Shown: in pieces, positions 52,861 to 64,000 of the stretch
How positions within the stretch are numbered: the stretch's first letter is position 1
Layout: every line of letters begins with the position of its first letter
Assembly: GCA_951406725.2 (NCBI GenBank)
Contig: OX597826.1
Location: forward strand, 8,184,001 to 8,248,000
Origin: Octopus vulgaris
Lineage: Eukaryota
Length of the DNA: 64,000 bases
Direction of reading: 5' to 3'
Made by a program: the position numbers and the translations under genes
The notes under the pieces: model-generated
Seen by the model: only the letters and a program-made list of their open reading frames with translations
Databases searched by the model: none
Told to the model about the DNA's origin: nothing

Positions 52861-53589
52861 TCCTTTCAAAAGAAAATTTGGTTAGCCGTGAGTTGAGGGA
52901 GATTTCGCTACTCTTTCCAGAAAATCGAGCATATTCGAAGACCACCACCCCCTAACTTGGTAGCCCACTTCGCACTCGTCGTTGCTGCTGCTGCTCCTGC
53001 TGCTGCTGCTGCCCCTGCTGCCCCTGCTGCTGCTGCTGCTGCCCCTGCTGCTGCTGCTGTCCCTGTTGCTGCTGCTTCTGCTATTCTTGTTGCTGTTGAT
53101 GATAATACTGAGGATGATGATGTCGATGATGATGATGATGATGATGACATGATGGTTACATGAGGTTATAGTAGTGATGGTAATGGTGGTAGTAGTGGTG
53201 ATGGTAATTGTGGGGTGGGGTGGGGGTGGTGTTGGTGTTTGCTGTTGGTCTTTCTATTGCTGTTGTTGGTGGTGGTGAGGGTGGTGGGATGATTGCTGCT
53301 GCTACTGACGACGACGACGACGACGACGATGTTGATGTTGATGTTGATGTTGATGATGATGATGATGATGATGTTGATTATGTTGATGATTATGTAGCTC
53401 TTTGTTGTTGAGCAATCTTTCGTTTCTAGAGTTAAGTGTGCCATATTTCTTAGTTTAAACCATTGTTTCAGCTGCTAGATTTGATGTCGGCACTTTTCCC
53501 TCCTCGAGAAATGAGCTGTTCTACGATGGGGGGGGGGGGGGGATAGTGAGTGAGAAAGAGAGAGGATGGAAGGCAGAACGGGAAAAAGA

Positions 53590-53941
53590 GAAAGCGAGAA
53601 AGAGAGAGAGAGACAGCGTGAGAGATAAAAATAAGAGATAATGACAGAGAGAGAGAGAGAGAGAAATCGTCAGAAGGAGAGAGAGAGAGAGAGAGAGGGG
53701 TATCGACAGAAGGAGAGAGAGAGAGATGGATCGTCAAAAGGAGAGAGAGACAGAGAGAGAGACAAAGTGAGAGTCAGATAGAGACAACCGATGAAAAGGA
53801 GAACGAGAAAAATCGTGAGAAAGACATAAAGGAAGAACGAGAGAGTAAAAAAAGGGAGAGAGAATGAATGTGTGAGAGAGATAGAAACACCTGCAGAGAG
53901 AGAGAGAGAGAGAGAGGGGAAGGAAGAAAGAAAGAAAGAAC

Positions 53942-53979
<38 letters not shown>

Positions 53980-54305
53980 GAAAAAGGAAGAAAGAAAGAA
54001 AGAACGAAAGAAAGAAAGAAAGAAAGAAAGAACGAAAGAAAGAAAGAGAGAGAGAGAGAGAAAGAAAGAAAGAAAGAAAGAAAGAACGAAAGAAAGAAAG
54101 AAAGAAAGAAAGAGAGAAAGAAAGAGAGAGAGAGAGAGATTTAGAAACTCAAGAGTTATAAAGAGAAAGAGACAGATACAGTAAGACAGAAGAAGACGAA
54201 GAAAGAGAGACATTTAGAAAAAGAGGCACAGCGAAAGAGAGATAGAGAGAGAGCGTGAGTGAGAACGAGAGAGAGAGAAAGAGAAAGAGAAAGAGAAGGA
54301 GAGGA
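53590..54305. repeat. Polypurine (GA)n/(GAAA)n tract
   Basis: Direct reading. Confidence 0.92.
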
Positions 54306-55041
54306 AAGTGCGAGGCTGTATGAGAAGTAGAAGGGAGAGTTGGATACACAGATAGCACTTTTGATCTGTTGTGCATGACAAGTAGATTTGTGATTTACTG
54401 TGCATATCAAACAGATCTGTGATCTGTTGTGCATTACAAATAGCACCGTGTATTCCTGCTTCACATTACACTGATGTACACAGAAAAAGTCAAGAGGAGA
54501 GATTTTAAAAGTCGCTTGGTAAGAAGGGAGAGAAGCTGATGTCACAATAGCTATCTAATTGACAGTTACCGTTTCTTGGCTAACGTTAGCTCTTTTATAA
54601 ATGTACCATTTTTAACATTATTAGTAGGACAAAAACTTTAGCTCTGTTTTTTTTTTTACTTTTTTTAGCTAATATTCTTATTTTTATTTTTTTTTTATTC
54701 CTCATAATCTTTCTTTTTCTTCGTTGATGTCGTTCCCAATGCAGACGTACGATTTTAGTTCGCTGGTTTCGGTGTGTTATGCGTACACATATAAATTTAT
54801 TTGTGTGTGTCTGTGTGTGTTTATGTTATGTTTAAGACAGTGCTTTTATATATATGTGTATATATTGATTCTTTTAATTTTGATTTTATAGTTTTTCTTG
54901 TTGCTTTCTTGGCATGTTTGTCTTATTTACCTGCTTATCTGTTTAAGATTTACTCGCCCTGATTCTTTCGTTATATTTTCTCGTGAAATCTTTCACTCTA
55001 ACATGGTGTACTTACACACACACACACACACACACACACAC

Positions 55042-55072
<31 letters not shown>

Positions 55073-55177
55073 ATACATACATATATATTCATATACATAT
55101 ACACGCAAATATATGCACATATATACATATATATATATAGATATATATATATGTATGTATATATATATGTATGTATA

Positions 55178-55240
<63 letters not shown>

Positions 55241-55289
55241 GCACATACATACATGCATTATTCTTTTTCTAAATATACTTGTTATTTTC

Positions 55290-55359
55290 ATTGTCATTAT
55301 TATTATCATTATCATCATCAACATTAATATTTTTATTATTATTATCATTATTATTATTA

Positions 55360-55435
<76 letters not shown>

Positions 55436-55519
55436 CATTATTATTATCATTATTATTATTATCATCATTATTATTGCTATTATTATTATTATTACTATTA
55501 TTATTATTATTATTATTAC

Positions 55520-55567
<48 letters not shown>

Positions 55568-55634
55568 CATTATCATCATCATCATCATCATCATCATTGT
55601 CATCATTAATATTATTATTATCATCATCATCATC

Positions 55635-55666
<32 letters not shown>

Positions 55667-55680
55667 TATGATTATTATTA
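55290..55680. repeat. (ATT)n/(ATC)n microsatellite
   Basis: Direct reading. Confidence 0.95.
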
Positions 55681-55844
55681 ATATCGTTGATGGTTTTGTT
55701 GTTGTCGTTGTTGTTGCAGCTAATGCTACTGTTGTTGTTATTCTGATGTTTTTCCAAGTCATTTTATTTCGTTGGGGAGTAGATAAAACATGTATGTTAT
55801 GTTGTGTTACTTCTTCTTTCTACTTAGTATGTTTACTTCACTTC

Positions 55845-55912
<68 letters not shown>

Positions 55913-55917
55913 TATAT

Positions 55918-55954
<37 letters not shown>

Positions 55955-56142
55955 TATGTAAATACTTATATATATATATTTATAAATACATATATATACA
56001 TATGTATATATATATTTATATGTGTATATATACATATGTACCTATATATACGTATATATATATATACACACACACACATATAAATACAAGCATATATACG
56101 TCTGTGTGTGTGTATGCGTGACTGTATGATTGTGCGTGCGCT

Positions 56143-56218
<76 letters not shown>

Positions 56219-56605
56219 TGTGTTTGTGTTTGTGTTGCCGCCACTGCTTTTTATCCTTTAACCATTATTTTAGTTGTTAGATGTCAAAGAGAAATGACAA
56301 AGTACTCAGACAACAGAAATGTAAGTATTTCAAATAGAAAAAATAAATATGGATAAAGAAAAGAAATGAAGAAAAAAGAATCAACCGAAATTATAAATAT
56401 ATGTGTATTTGTGTATATATGTATATGTGTATGGACGGGACGTGTATATATGGATATGTATATATATATATATATATATGCGTGTGTGTATATATATATT
56501 CATACATACTTGCATCCATATATATATATATATATATATACATATATATACATACATACATATTTATATACATACATATATATACACATATATCTATATA
56601 TATAC

Positions 56606-56678
<73 letters not shown>

Positions 56679-57429
56679 CATACATATATACATATGTAAT
56701 TATGTGTGTTTGTATGTTTGCTAGAACATATAAGAAATATGAAAAATATATTGTCTAAAGACTGAAACTAGTGAAAGAATGGAAGACTAAGAGAATAAGT
56801 AAAACAGAACAAGAATAAAATAATATAAAACAATATAAAAATACAGTAAAACAATTATAGATTCGCAATGCATTATCTGCTTTCCAAAAGCCTTACCAGT
56901 TACAATTTCGGTTGTCAATGTTGGAAAAGTTCTAGAAGATAATAAAGAAAATCAATGAAGTAACAAAAAGATATAAAAAAAATAACTAAATGAATGAATA
57001 TTGAAATATACTAAATATACTGAGTCGTCTTCAAAATGGCGTCAGCTTTGCCTTCTTAACGGTGATTAACATCAACAACAGGCAACCAGACAAAGTAAAG
57101 ACGGATTTATCGAAGCGACACTTGAATTCAGCTCTACAAACCTGAATCGTATTAATCTTCGTGCCACCAAGAAAAGATTTCCAACCCCCAACACTCAACC
57201 AAACAACCCCTGAAAATATCTAACTTCTCCCATTTTTTTTTTTTTTTTTTTGATTTAGCCAATAAAAAAAAAATGGAGGACAAAAAAATGTTTGGTTTTT
57301 CTGTGTTTTCAGGTTGGCTGATTTTTCTTCCTTGAATATGTTTGTCTCTTACTCTTTGACTGCGTTTCTGTTCTCGTCTATATCTTTCTCTCACTCACAC
57401 AGATATAGACACAGACATACAAACACACA

Positions 57430-57461
<32 letters not shown>

Positions 57462-57779
57462 GACGCACACACACACAGACGCACACACACACACACACAC
57501 ACATAACAAACACATTAGCTTATATATATGTATGCATATTCATATATTTAGTATGCGTACGTATATATTGTACGTATATAGATATGCATATGTACATATG
57601 CACATCTAGCTATCTATCTATATTATATATATGTATATATATATTATATACATATATATATATTATATACATATACATATAAATATGCGTGTGTGTATGT
57701 ATATATATATTTTTACATGTATGTATGTATATATATATATATATACATGTATGTATATATAAATATATATATATAAACA

Positions 57780-57815
<36 letters not shown>

Positions 57816-57992
57816 CAGACACTGATATATATATATGTATCTGTGTTTGCTTTTGAAGTTATGTATATATATGTATATATGTATACATATATGCTTGTGT
57901 ATGTATGTGTGTCTTTATATGTATATTTATATCTATATGTAAGTGTGTATTTATATGTATATATATATATATCTATATATATGTACATATAC

Positions 57993-58023
<31 letters not shown>

Positions 58024-58652
58024 CAGTGAGAGAAGGAGAGTGAGAGAGAGAGAGTGAGGGAGAGAGTGAGGGAGAGAGAGAGGAGCGGAAAGAGGCAGGT
58101 ATATAAAACAATCATAAATAAACATGTCGATGTATGTTTAATCATTTGTTTATGTTCTTATGGCATATACAAATACTCACACATACACGCACACATACAC
58201 ATGCATACACTCACACACGAATATATTTTACTGTCAATGACAAAATAAAAAAGAAATAAAATGAAATAAATATACCGACGTTACCCTTTCATCTTCAACA
58301 AACTGCTGAATGCAATGTTTCAAAGGTCACGTGCCCTTCCGTTTCGCAATTAGTCTACCAGGCTGTAAAACGTTCTACCAATTTCACGTAGGAAACACAT
58401 CGCAGATTTTCAATGATAATACTTTGACGGTGGCATAAAGAGTTCAGCTAAGTGATTCCTGGGTCAGATATTACAGAAGCTACGGTGCAAGCTTTCAAAT
58501 ATGATTGATGGAGGTAAATATTGTAAACGTCATACGGAAAGATAACAAGTATATTGCAAGGTGAGCAGTTTCAACACCTTTTTTGTTTATTATTATAAGT
58601 TATGAATCTACAACCATTGCTTGTAATATACAATATTACAAGGAAGCATGAC

Positions 58653-58676
58653 ATCTATCTATCTATCTATCCATCC

Positions 58677-58746
<70 letters not shown>

Positions 58747-58762
58747 ATATCTATCTATCTAG

Positions 58763-58827
<65 letters not shown>

Positions 58828-58832
58828 CATCC

Positions 58833-58879
<47 letters not shown>

Positions 58880-58896
58880 CATCCATCCATCCATCC

Positions 58897-58959
<63 letters not shown>

Positions 58960-58960
58960 C

Positions 58961-59011
<51 letters not shown>

Positions 59012-59016
59012 CATCC

Positions 59017-59066
<50 letters not shown>

Positions 59067-59109
59067 TTGTTCTATCTGTGTGCAGCCCTGTGTGGCTAAT
59101 AAAGAAACA

Positions 59110-59165
<56 letters not shown>
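58653..59165. repeat. (TCTA)n array, left flank of the Tx1 element, containing a 45-bp Tx1 3' stub
   Basis: Direct reading; stub at 59065-59109. Confidence 0.95.
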
Positions 59166-59166
<1 letters not shown>

Positions 59167-60335
59167 GGTTTGGTCCGGACCTCCAAGTGGAGAAGAACTG
59201 GAACGAGATAACGAGTAGGGTGGTCACTCTCGCCCGGCAATGGGCCGAGAGGAAACTGTCCCTAAAAGGTCGAGCGGAGGTGGCGAACACGTACATCGCG
59301 TCCGTCATCTACTACCGCCTGACCGTCGTACCTTGTCCCGACCCTACCATCACCAAACTACAACGCATCCTCTTTCGCTTCTTGTGGAAAGGATGCGTCC
59401 CGATGGTCAGGCGATCCATTTGCTGTCAACACCCGTTAAAAGGAGGGCTGGGCATGCCGTGGTTGATGATGCGCAGACACGCGCTGAGACTGCGGCATCT
59501 CTGGCTCTATGTAGACGACGGTGAACAGGTGTGGTCGCCGTTTGTGAGGCACGCTTTCCCGCAGCTCGTCTCCATGACCGAACTGCAGTCGTGGATCAAA
59601 AAGAGGCCGAGGAAGGGCGAATGGCACCGCGAGTGTCGCGTTGCTCTCAAGCAACTCTGCCGTCCTGGGTCGACCTTAAGTGACTTCAACACAACCAAAG
59701 CATTCTATAGGGGTTTAGTGGAGGGGAGGTACGACGACGAGCTCGGGGCGAACCTGGACGTCGACGAGGAGTACCTGACCCGCCTGTTCAGGACGACTTT
59801 CGGGCCAGGGCCCATGGACAACTTCCAGAGATCCCTGGCCTGGCAGTGCTACCGAGAAGCGCTACCCGTTCGGGATAAGCTCTACAGACACGGCTCGAGA
59901 AACACGGGGCCGACCTGCCCGAGATGCGGTCAGAGCGACGAAACCGTTCTGCACGCACTCGTTCAGTGTCCAACAATTTCCGACCTGTGGGCTTATGTCG
60001 AACAACTGCTGTCACGTGTGGGACGAGTCGGTTTATCAGCTGAGTCTATCGTCAATATTGTCACGCCTCCTTCCTTCAAACGGGAAGGAAGAGCTATTTT
60101 CATCATCCTTGTGGCTATGGCGAAAGAATGTATCTGGTGGACGCGTCTGAAAGGATTGGAGACAAACACTTTCCTCTCTGGTCAATCTCTCATCAACTTC
60201 TTCAAGTACCACTTGAAAAGGAAAGTGAGAGTAGAGAGGCAAGTTTTGTCTAGCGAATGTTTTAAAAAAAGATGGGTGAATGTAGCAAGAATGGCACGTA
60301 TGAATGACGAAGCCACCTTGAGCATAGTCCTATGA
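59166..60335 (+). CDS. ORF2 C-terminal portion (end of RT/thumb plus zf-RVT CCHC), 5'-truncated
   Basis: Frame is open from the junction ([12 protein letters not shown]..); [56 protein letters not shown]. Confidence 0.9.
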
Positions 60336-60612
60336 ACCCAGAAATCGAAAACAGAGAGTTGCTTATTTGCAAAAAAAAAAAAAAAGAAATATAAAATGTG
60401 ACTTCATTGACCGAGGTTACCGTGGTCTTTTCCGTAGGCTTTTCTTTCCACGGGTAAACCTCACCTGTCCTCCCCTTTACACTTCATATTGACATTTCTG
60501 TGATAACGATCCCTATTGATCAATTTTTTTTTCCTCTCCCCCTTTTTTTAACCCCCTTTTTTTTGTCCTCTTTCTCTCCTTTTACGATCCCTTTTGATCG
60601 AAACTCCCCCTT

Positions 60613-60646
<34 letters not shown>

Positions 60647-60717
60647 CTTCAAAAGAAAAGCTCTACCTTGTAATTTGTTCTATCTGTGTGCAGCCCTGTG
60701 TGGCTAATAAAGAAACA
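59166..60717 (+). mobile_element. 5'-truncated Tx1-clade (L1 group) non-LTR retrotransposon inserted in (TCTA)n
   Basis: GC-rich open ORF2 C-terminus, pyrimidine-rich 3' UTR, terminal AATAAAGAAACA directly followed by (TATC)n; no poly(A). Confidence 0.9.
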
Positions 60718-60750
60718 TATCTATCTATCTATCTATCTATCCATCCATCC

Positions 60751-60829
<79 letters not shown>

Positions 60830-60834
60830 CATCC

Positions 60835-60898
<64 letters not shown>

Positions 60899-60912
60899 GT
60901 CTGTCTGTCTAT
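60718..60912. repeat. (TCTA)n array, right flank of the Tx1 element
   Basis: Direct reading. Confidence 0.95.
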
Positions 60913-61010
60913 CTCTCTATATATCTATGTGTCTTACTGCCAGTTTGTCGCTCTATCAATCTATCTGTCAATACACTCACATATGGATATATGGGAATGT
61001 GTTCACAAAC

Positions 61011-61042
<32 letters not shown>

Positions 61043-61129
61043 AAAATGTATTTGTGTGTGAGTGTATACATGCATAGACGCATGTGTACATGTGCGTGTA
61101 TATGCGTGTGTATTTGTATATAATATAAA

Positions 61130-61422
61130 GGGATTGCACCTAGAAAGTTACCCTCCTAGACACAAGTCCGGGCAAGGTTGTTTATGGAAGACCAGTAGTC
61201 GCCCATGCATACCAGCCTCCCCTTTCCACGCCACCAGTGTTATCCAAGGGAAACACGAAGGTCGATACAGCTTGGCACCAGTGACGTCGCAACTCATTTC
61301 TACAGCTGAGTGAACTGGAGCAACGTGAAAAATAAAGTGCCTTGCTCAAGAACACAACACGCAGCCCGGTCCGGGATTCGAGCTCACAACCTCACGATCG
61401 TAAGCTCGACGCTCTAACCACA
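61130..61422 (-). mobile_element. tRNA-derived SINE, family G
   Basis: Minus strand GTGGTTAGAGCGTCGAGCTTACGATCGTGAGGTTGTGAGCTCGAATCCCGG head and CORE-like CTTGAGCAAGGCACTT. Confidence 0.8.
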
Positions 61423-62039
61423 TTCACACACATACACACACAAACGCACATACACATATGAATATAGAACTTAAATGCCGGCTACTATACGTTTCCGGTT
61501 CCGATAGTGAAGTAGGCGGGCGGCCTTGTATAGAGTGCCACATACTATCCAGCAATCTTTTAGGCTCATATATATTGATGTATGGATGCCTACGTTGTAT
61601 AGGTCTGGAGGCACAAACTGGTGAAATAATATACAAAACGAAATTGAGAACACGCATTTCTCTAATCATTGCCTGCAAAGTTGCATATATGGTAAGGCAT
61701 TTATCAATATAAGTGCCTTACAGAAAACTCAAAGCCTTGAATCACTTACATACCTTGCCCTCCAACAACCTATCTTGACTTTGGGGCCGAGGAATAGATA
61801 TCTTTTTGAAGCAACACATCTTAATTCATCGACCTTTGAGCCATACTTACGTCACATAGAACTGCGTCAGACAACAGTTTCTAAACACAAAATATATTTA
61901 AAAAGGTATATGGGTGAGTGTACTTATGCATGTCTGCGTGGCCCTGAGTATTTGTATGTATGTATGTATTCATGTATGTAAATATGTATGAATGCATACA
62001 TGTATGTGCATGAGTACGTACGTATGTATATAGTTCAAA

Positions 62040-62198
62040 TTTATAGAAAAACAAAGACGAAGACAGGTGTAGGAAATCGGGAAAAACAGAAATGTTTTTT
62101 ACGTTTCGAGCCTACGCTCTGCAACAGAAAGGAAGAAGAGGAAATAGATAGACAATGAAAAACACATGTTCAGTTCAGTGGTCCAACATCGCGAATGA
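62040..62198 (-). mobile_element. Hammerhead-family repeat with a decayed core, abutting a SINE-C linker
   Basis: Minus strand CTGTTGCA-GAGC-gtag-GCTC-GAAACGTA; homologous to 45156-45330. Confidence 0.55.
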
Positions 62199-62367
62199 TA
62201 TACGACGGGCTTCTTTCAGTTTCCGTCAAACAAATCCACTCACATGGCTTTGGTCGGCCCGAGGCTATAGTAGAAGACACTTGCCCAAGGTTCCACGCAG
62301 TGGGAATGAACCCGGAACCATGTGGCTGGTAAGCAAGCTACTTACCACACAGGTACTCCTGCGCCTA
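62199..62367 (-). mobile_element. Head half of SINE family C
   Basis: Near-identical to 28400-28567. Confidence 0.9.
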
Positions 62368-62377
62368 AAAATGTGTC

Positions 62378-62430
62378 ATGCTTACAGCGCCTAGGTTTCC
62401 CAAGCGATCACCCATCTAAGTATTATCTAG
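62378..62430 (-). pseudogene. 5S rRNA 3'-half fragment
   Basis: Minus strand ATACTTAGATGGGTGATCGCTTGGGAAACCTAGGCGCTGTAAGC versus metazoan 5S GTACTTGGATGGGAGACCGCCTGGGAATACCGGGTGCTGTAGGC. Confidence 0.65.
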
Positions 62431-62624
62431 ATGTATTTAAGCCAAGTGGTAACTGTTTGTTTAGTCCTGTAAATAATTCCATTTAAATGTGACCCGTTGT
62501 TTCACCCACTAATTTGTAACCTACTCCGAAAGTGCTGATGTGTGCACAACACTATGATGAGGGGTGCTGCTTAAATCACATGGCGATTAAACGCTTCCCG
62601 TTCATTCGTTATAAGTATTGGTAA

Positions 62625-62810
62625 GTGGCTTAGAGGTTAGGGTGTTGAACTCGTGATTGTAACATCGTGATTTCAATTCCACGTCCACTAAGGTAGCAGA
62701 AATGAGTAACCCGGCCACAGACGGGCGTCCTAACAAGCCGGAGAACATTTACGCCATGGAACCTGGTAAAGCGGCCCTAATGAGTCGATATGACTCGAAA
62801 AGTTACCTTT
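62625..62810 (+). mobile_element. Degenerate SINE family F
   Basis: GTGGCTTAGAGGTTAGGG head; TACGCCATGGAACCTGGTAAAGCGGCCCTAATGAG tail. Confidence 0.6.
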
Positions 62811-62829
62811 ACCTTTACCATTCGATATA

Positions 62830-63040
62830 CGGGGTTTATTGACGAACAATTTGCCTTTAAGGTAGCTCCACAAACGCTAATGGCCAAATTAAACGCCAGA
62901 TAATCGAAGACTTCATGATCACTGCGTTAAGAAGAAATTTGGTCGGTAAGTATTTTTTAAATAAAGTCCATAACAGGTGTTACCCCGAGGTCGCTTGCAC
63001 CCTCTTGTTGAAACCATACATGTTATGAGTAAATGCCACT
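62830..63040 (-). mobile_element. Tc1/mariner-superfamily transposase catalytic-domain relic
   Basis: VWFQQEGA (cf. WFQQDGA) and LWSYLKGKLFVNKP (cf. LWGYLKSKVY.NKP) in the expected order and spacing. Confidence 0.7.
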
Positions 63041-63264
63041 ACTGTTTCATTCTGTTAGAATGATAATAGGCACAACACGAACACATAACGATCAACAATT
63101 AACTGTTCCTCCATGCTTTTTCCGTTGTCAACTTGTACTTCCATGTTAATTCTCTCTGAATTTGTATTTTAAACTTCCCTCTTCCCTTCTCTTTATAGGA
63201 TGCAAAACGTGACGGGAGAAATCAAACGAGAAGCTAATACTGTACCGGCAAGTATATATATATA

Positions 63265-63339
<75 letters not shown>

Positions 63340-64000
63340 CGATTGCCTGTCCATGACTTTTTGCACACTCCACCTGTCATCATTGCAGCTAATACGTAAT
63401 CCCAAGCCTCCAGAAACAACTGTCGGAACTGAAAATCAATGCTCTCAACACATAGTATTCTGTATCTTTTGTACTCCATGTGTTTTGCAAATACATGTGT
63501 TACGCAAATACATAAACGTTTATGTTTATACGTGAATACTGATCTTCTGAATATTTTCGGGTATTTTCTAATGTATATATGCATACTTATATGTATATAT
63601 TATATATATATTTTATATATCAAATCCAATCATGTTTATCTGTTTATTAGCATCATTATATCTCTCTTACTATATATATATATATATATCTGTCTCTGTG
63701 TGTGTTTGTATATATATATATATATGTACATCCTACATATATACATATATTTAATGATGTTCTTCAATAGTCAACAAGTCTAAATTATTCAATATATTTT
63801 AAAAATTAAAGTTGATATATATGAAAATATCGACCTTTTATCAACTCGTATATTTCAAGACCTTTTCCTCTCATCTTCAGAGCTCACAGCGTGATTTCTC
63901 TAAATGAGCGAAGATACACTTGAAACTTTTGGGCCAGTAGAAGGTCGATATGACCTCTGAAGATGAGGTAGAAAGGAACTTGAAACACGTCTAGAAATGT

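Noticed and set aside
53472-53545. Possible exon (TTTCAG|...ATA|GTGAGT)
   Set aside because: Contains a G15 run and its phases give stops when joined to the downstream candidate exons
54360-54445. Three ~29-bp tandem units (TGATCTGTTGTGCAT..), and a 23-bp tandem at ~35930-35990
   Set aside because: Ordinary short minisatellites with no further structure
58260-58580. Possible mariner C-terminal relic
   Set aside because: No diagnostic motif could be read with confidence

Overview
Eukaryotic, AT-rich, microsatellite-saturated intronic or intergenic DNA. The SINE families and microsatellite load point to an octopus (coleoid cephalopod) genome; this is an inference from recognised repeats, not a database match. 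No intact cellular gene, CRISPR array or functional RNA gene is visible, and most ORFs in the supplied track are translations of simple repeats. What the sequence supports: (1) about 30 tRNA-derived SINE copies from about six families, several with exact target-site duplications (TSDs); (2) RLE-type (R4/Dong-like) LINE fragments, the best-preserved ones embedded in (AAT)n; (3) a young 5'-truncated Tx1-clade L1 element with an uninterrupted ORF, embedded in (TCTA)n; (4) relics of a CR1-like LINE, mariner, Tc1-like and Helitron elements, plus hAT MITEs; (5) short (TA)n-flanked repeats carrying minimal Penelope-type hammerhead ribozyme cores; (6) a 5S rRNA fragment. The most interesting signals are retroelements partitioned by microsatellite motif, SINE concatemers joined at one fixed internal breakpoint, a SINE whose internal (TA)n linker hosts hammerhead elements, and a candidate YY1-type promoter/first exon plus a few candidate small exons. 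Family letters A-G are my own labels. Repeat boundaries are approximate (about +/-10 nt) unless a TSD is given.
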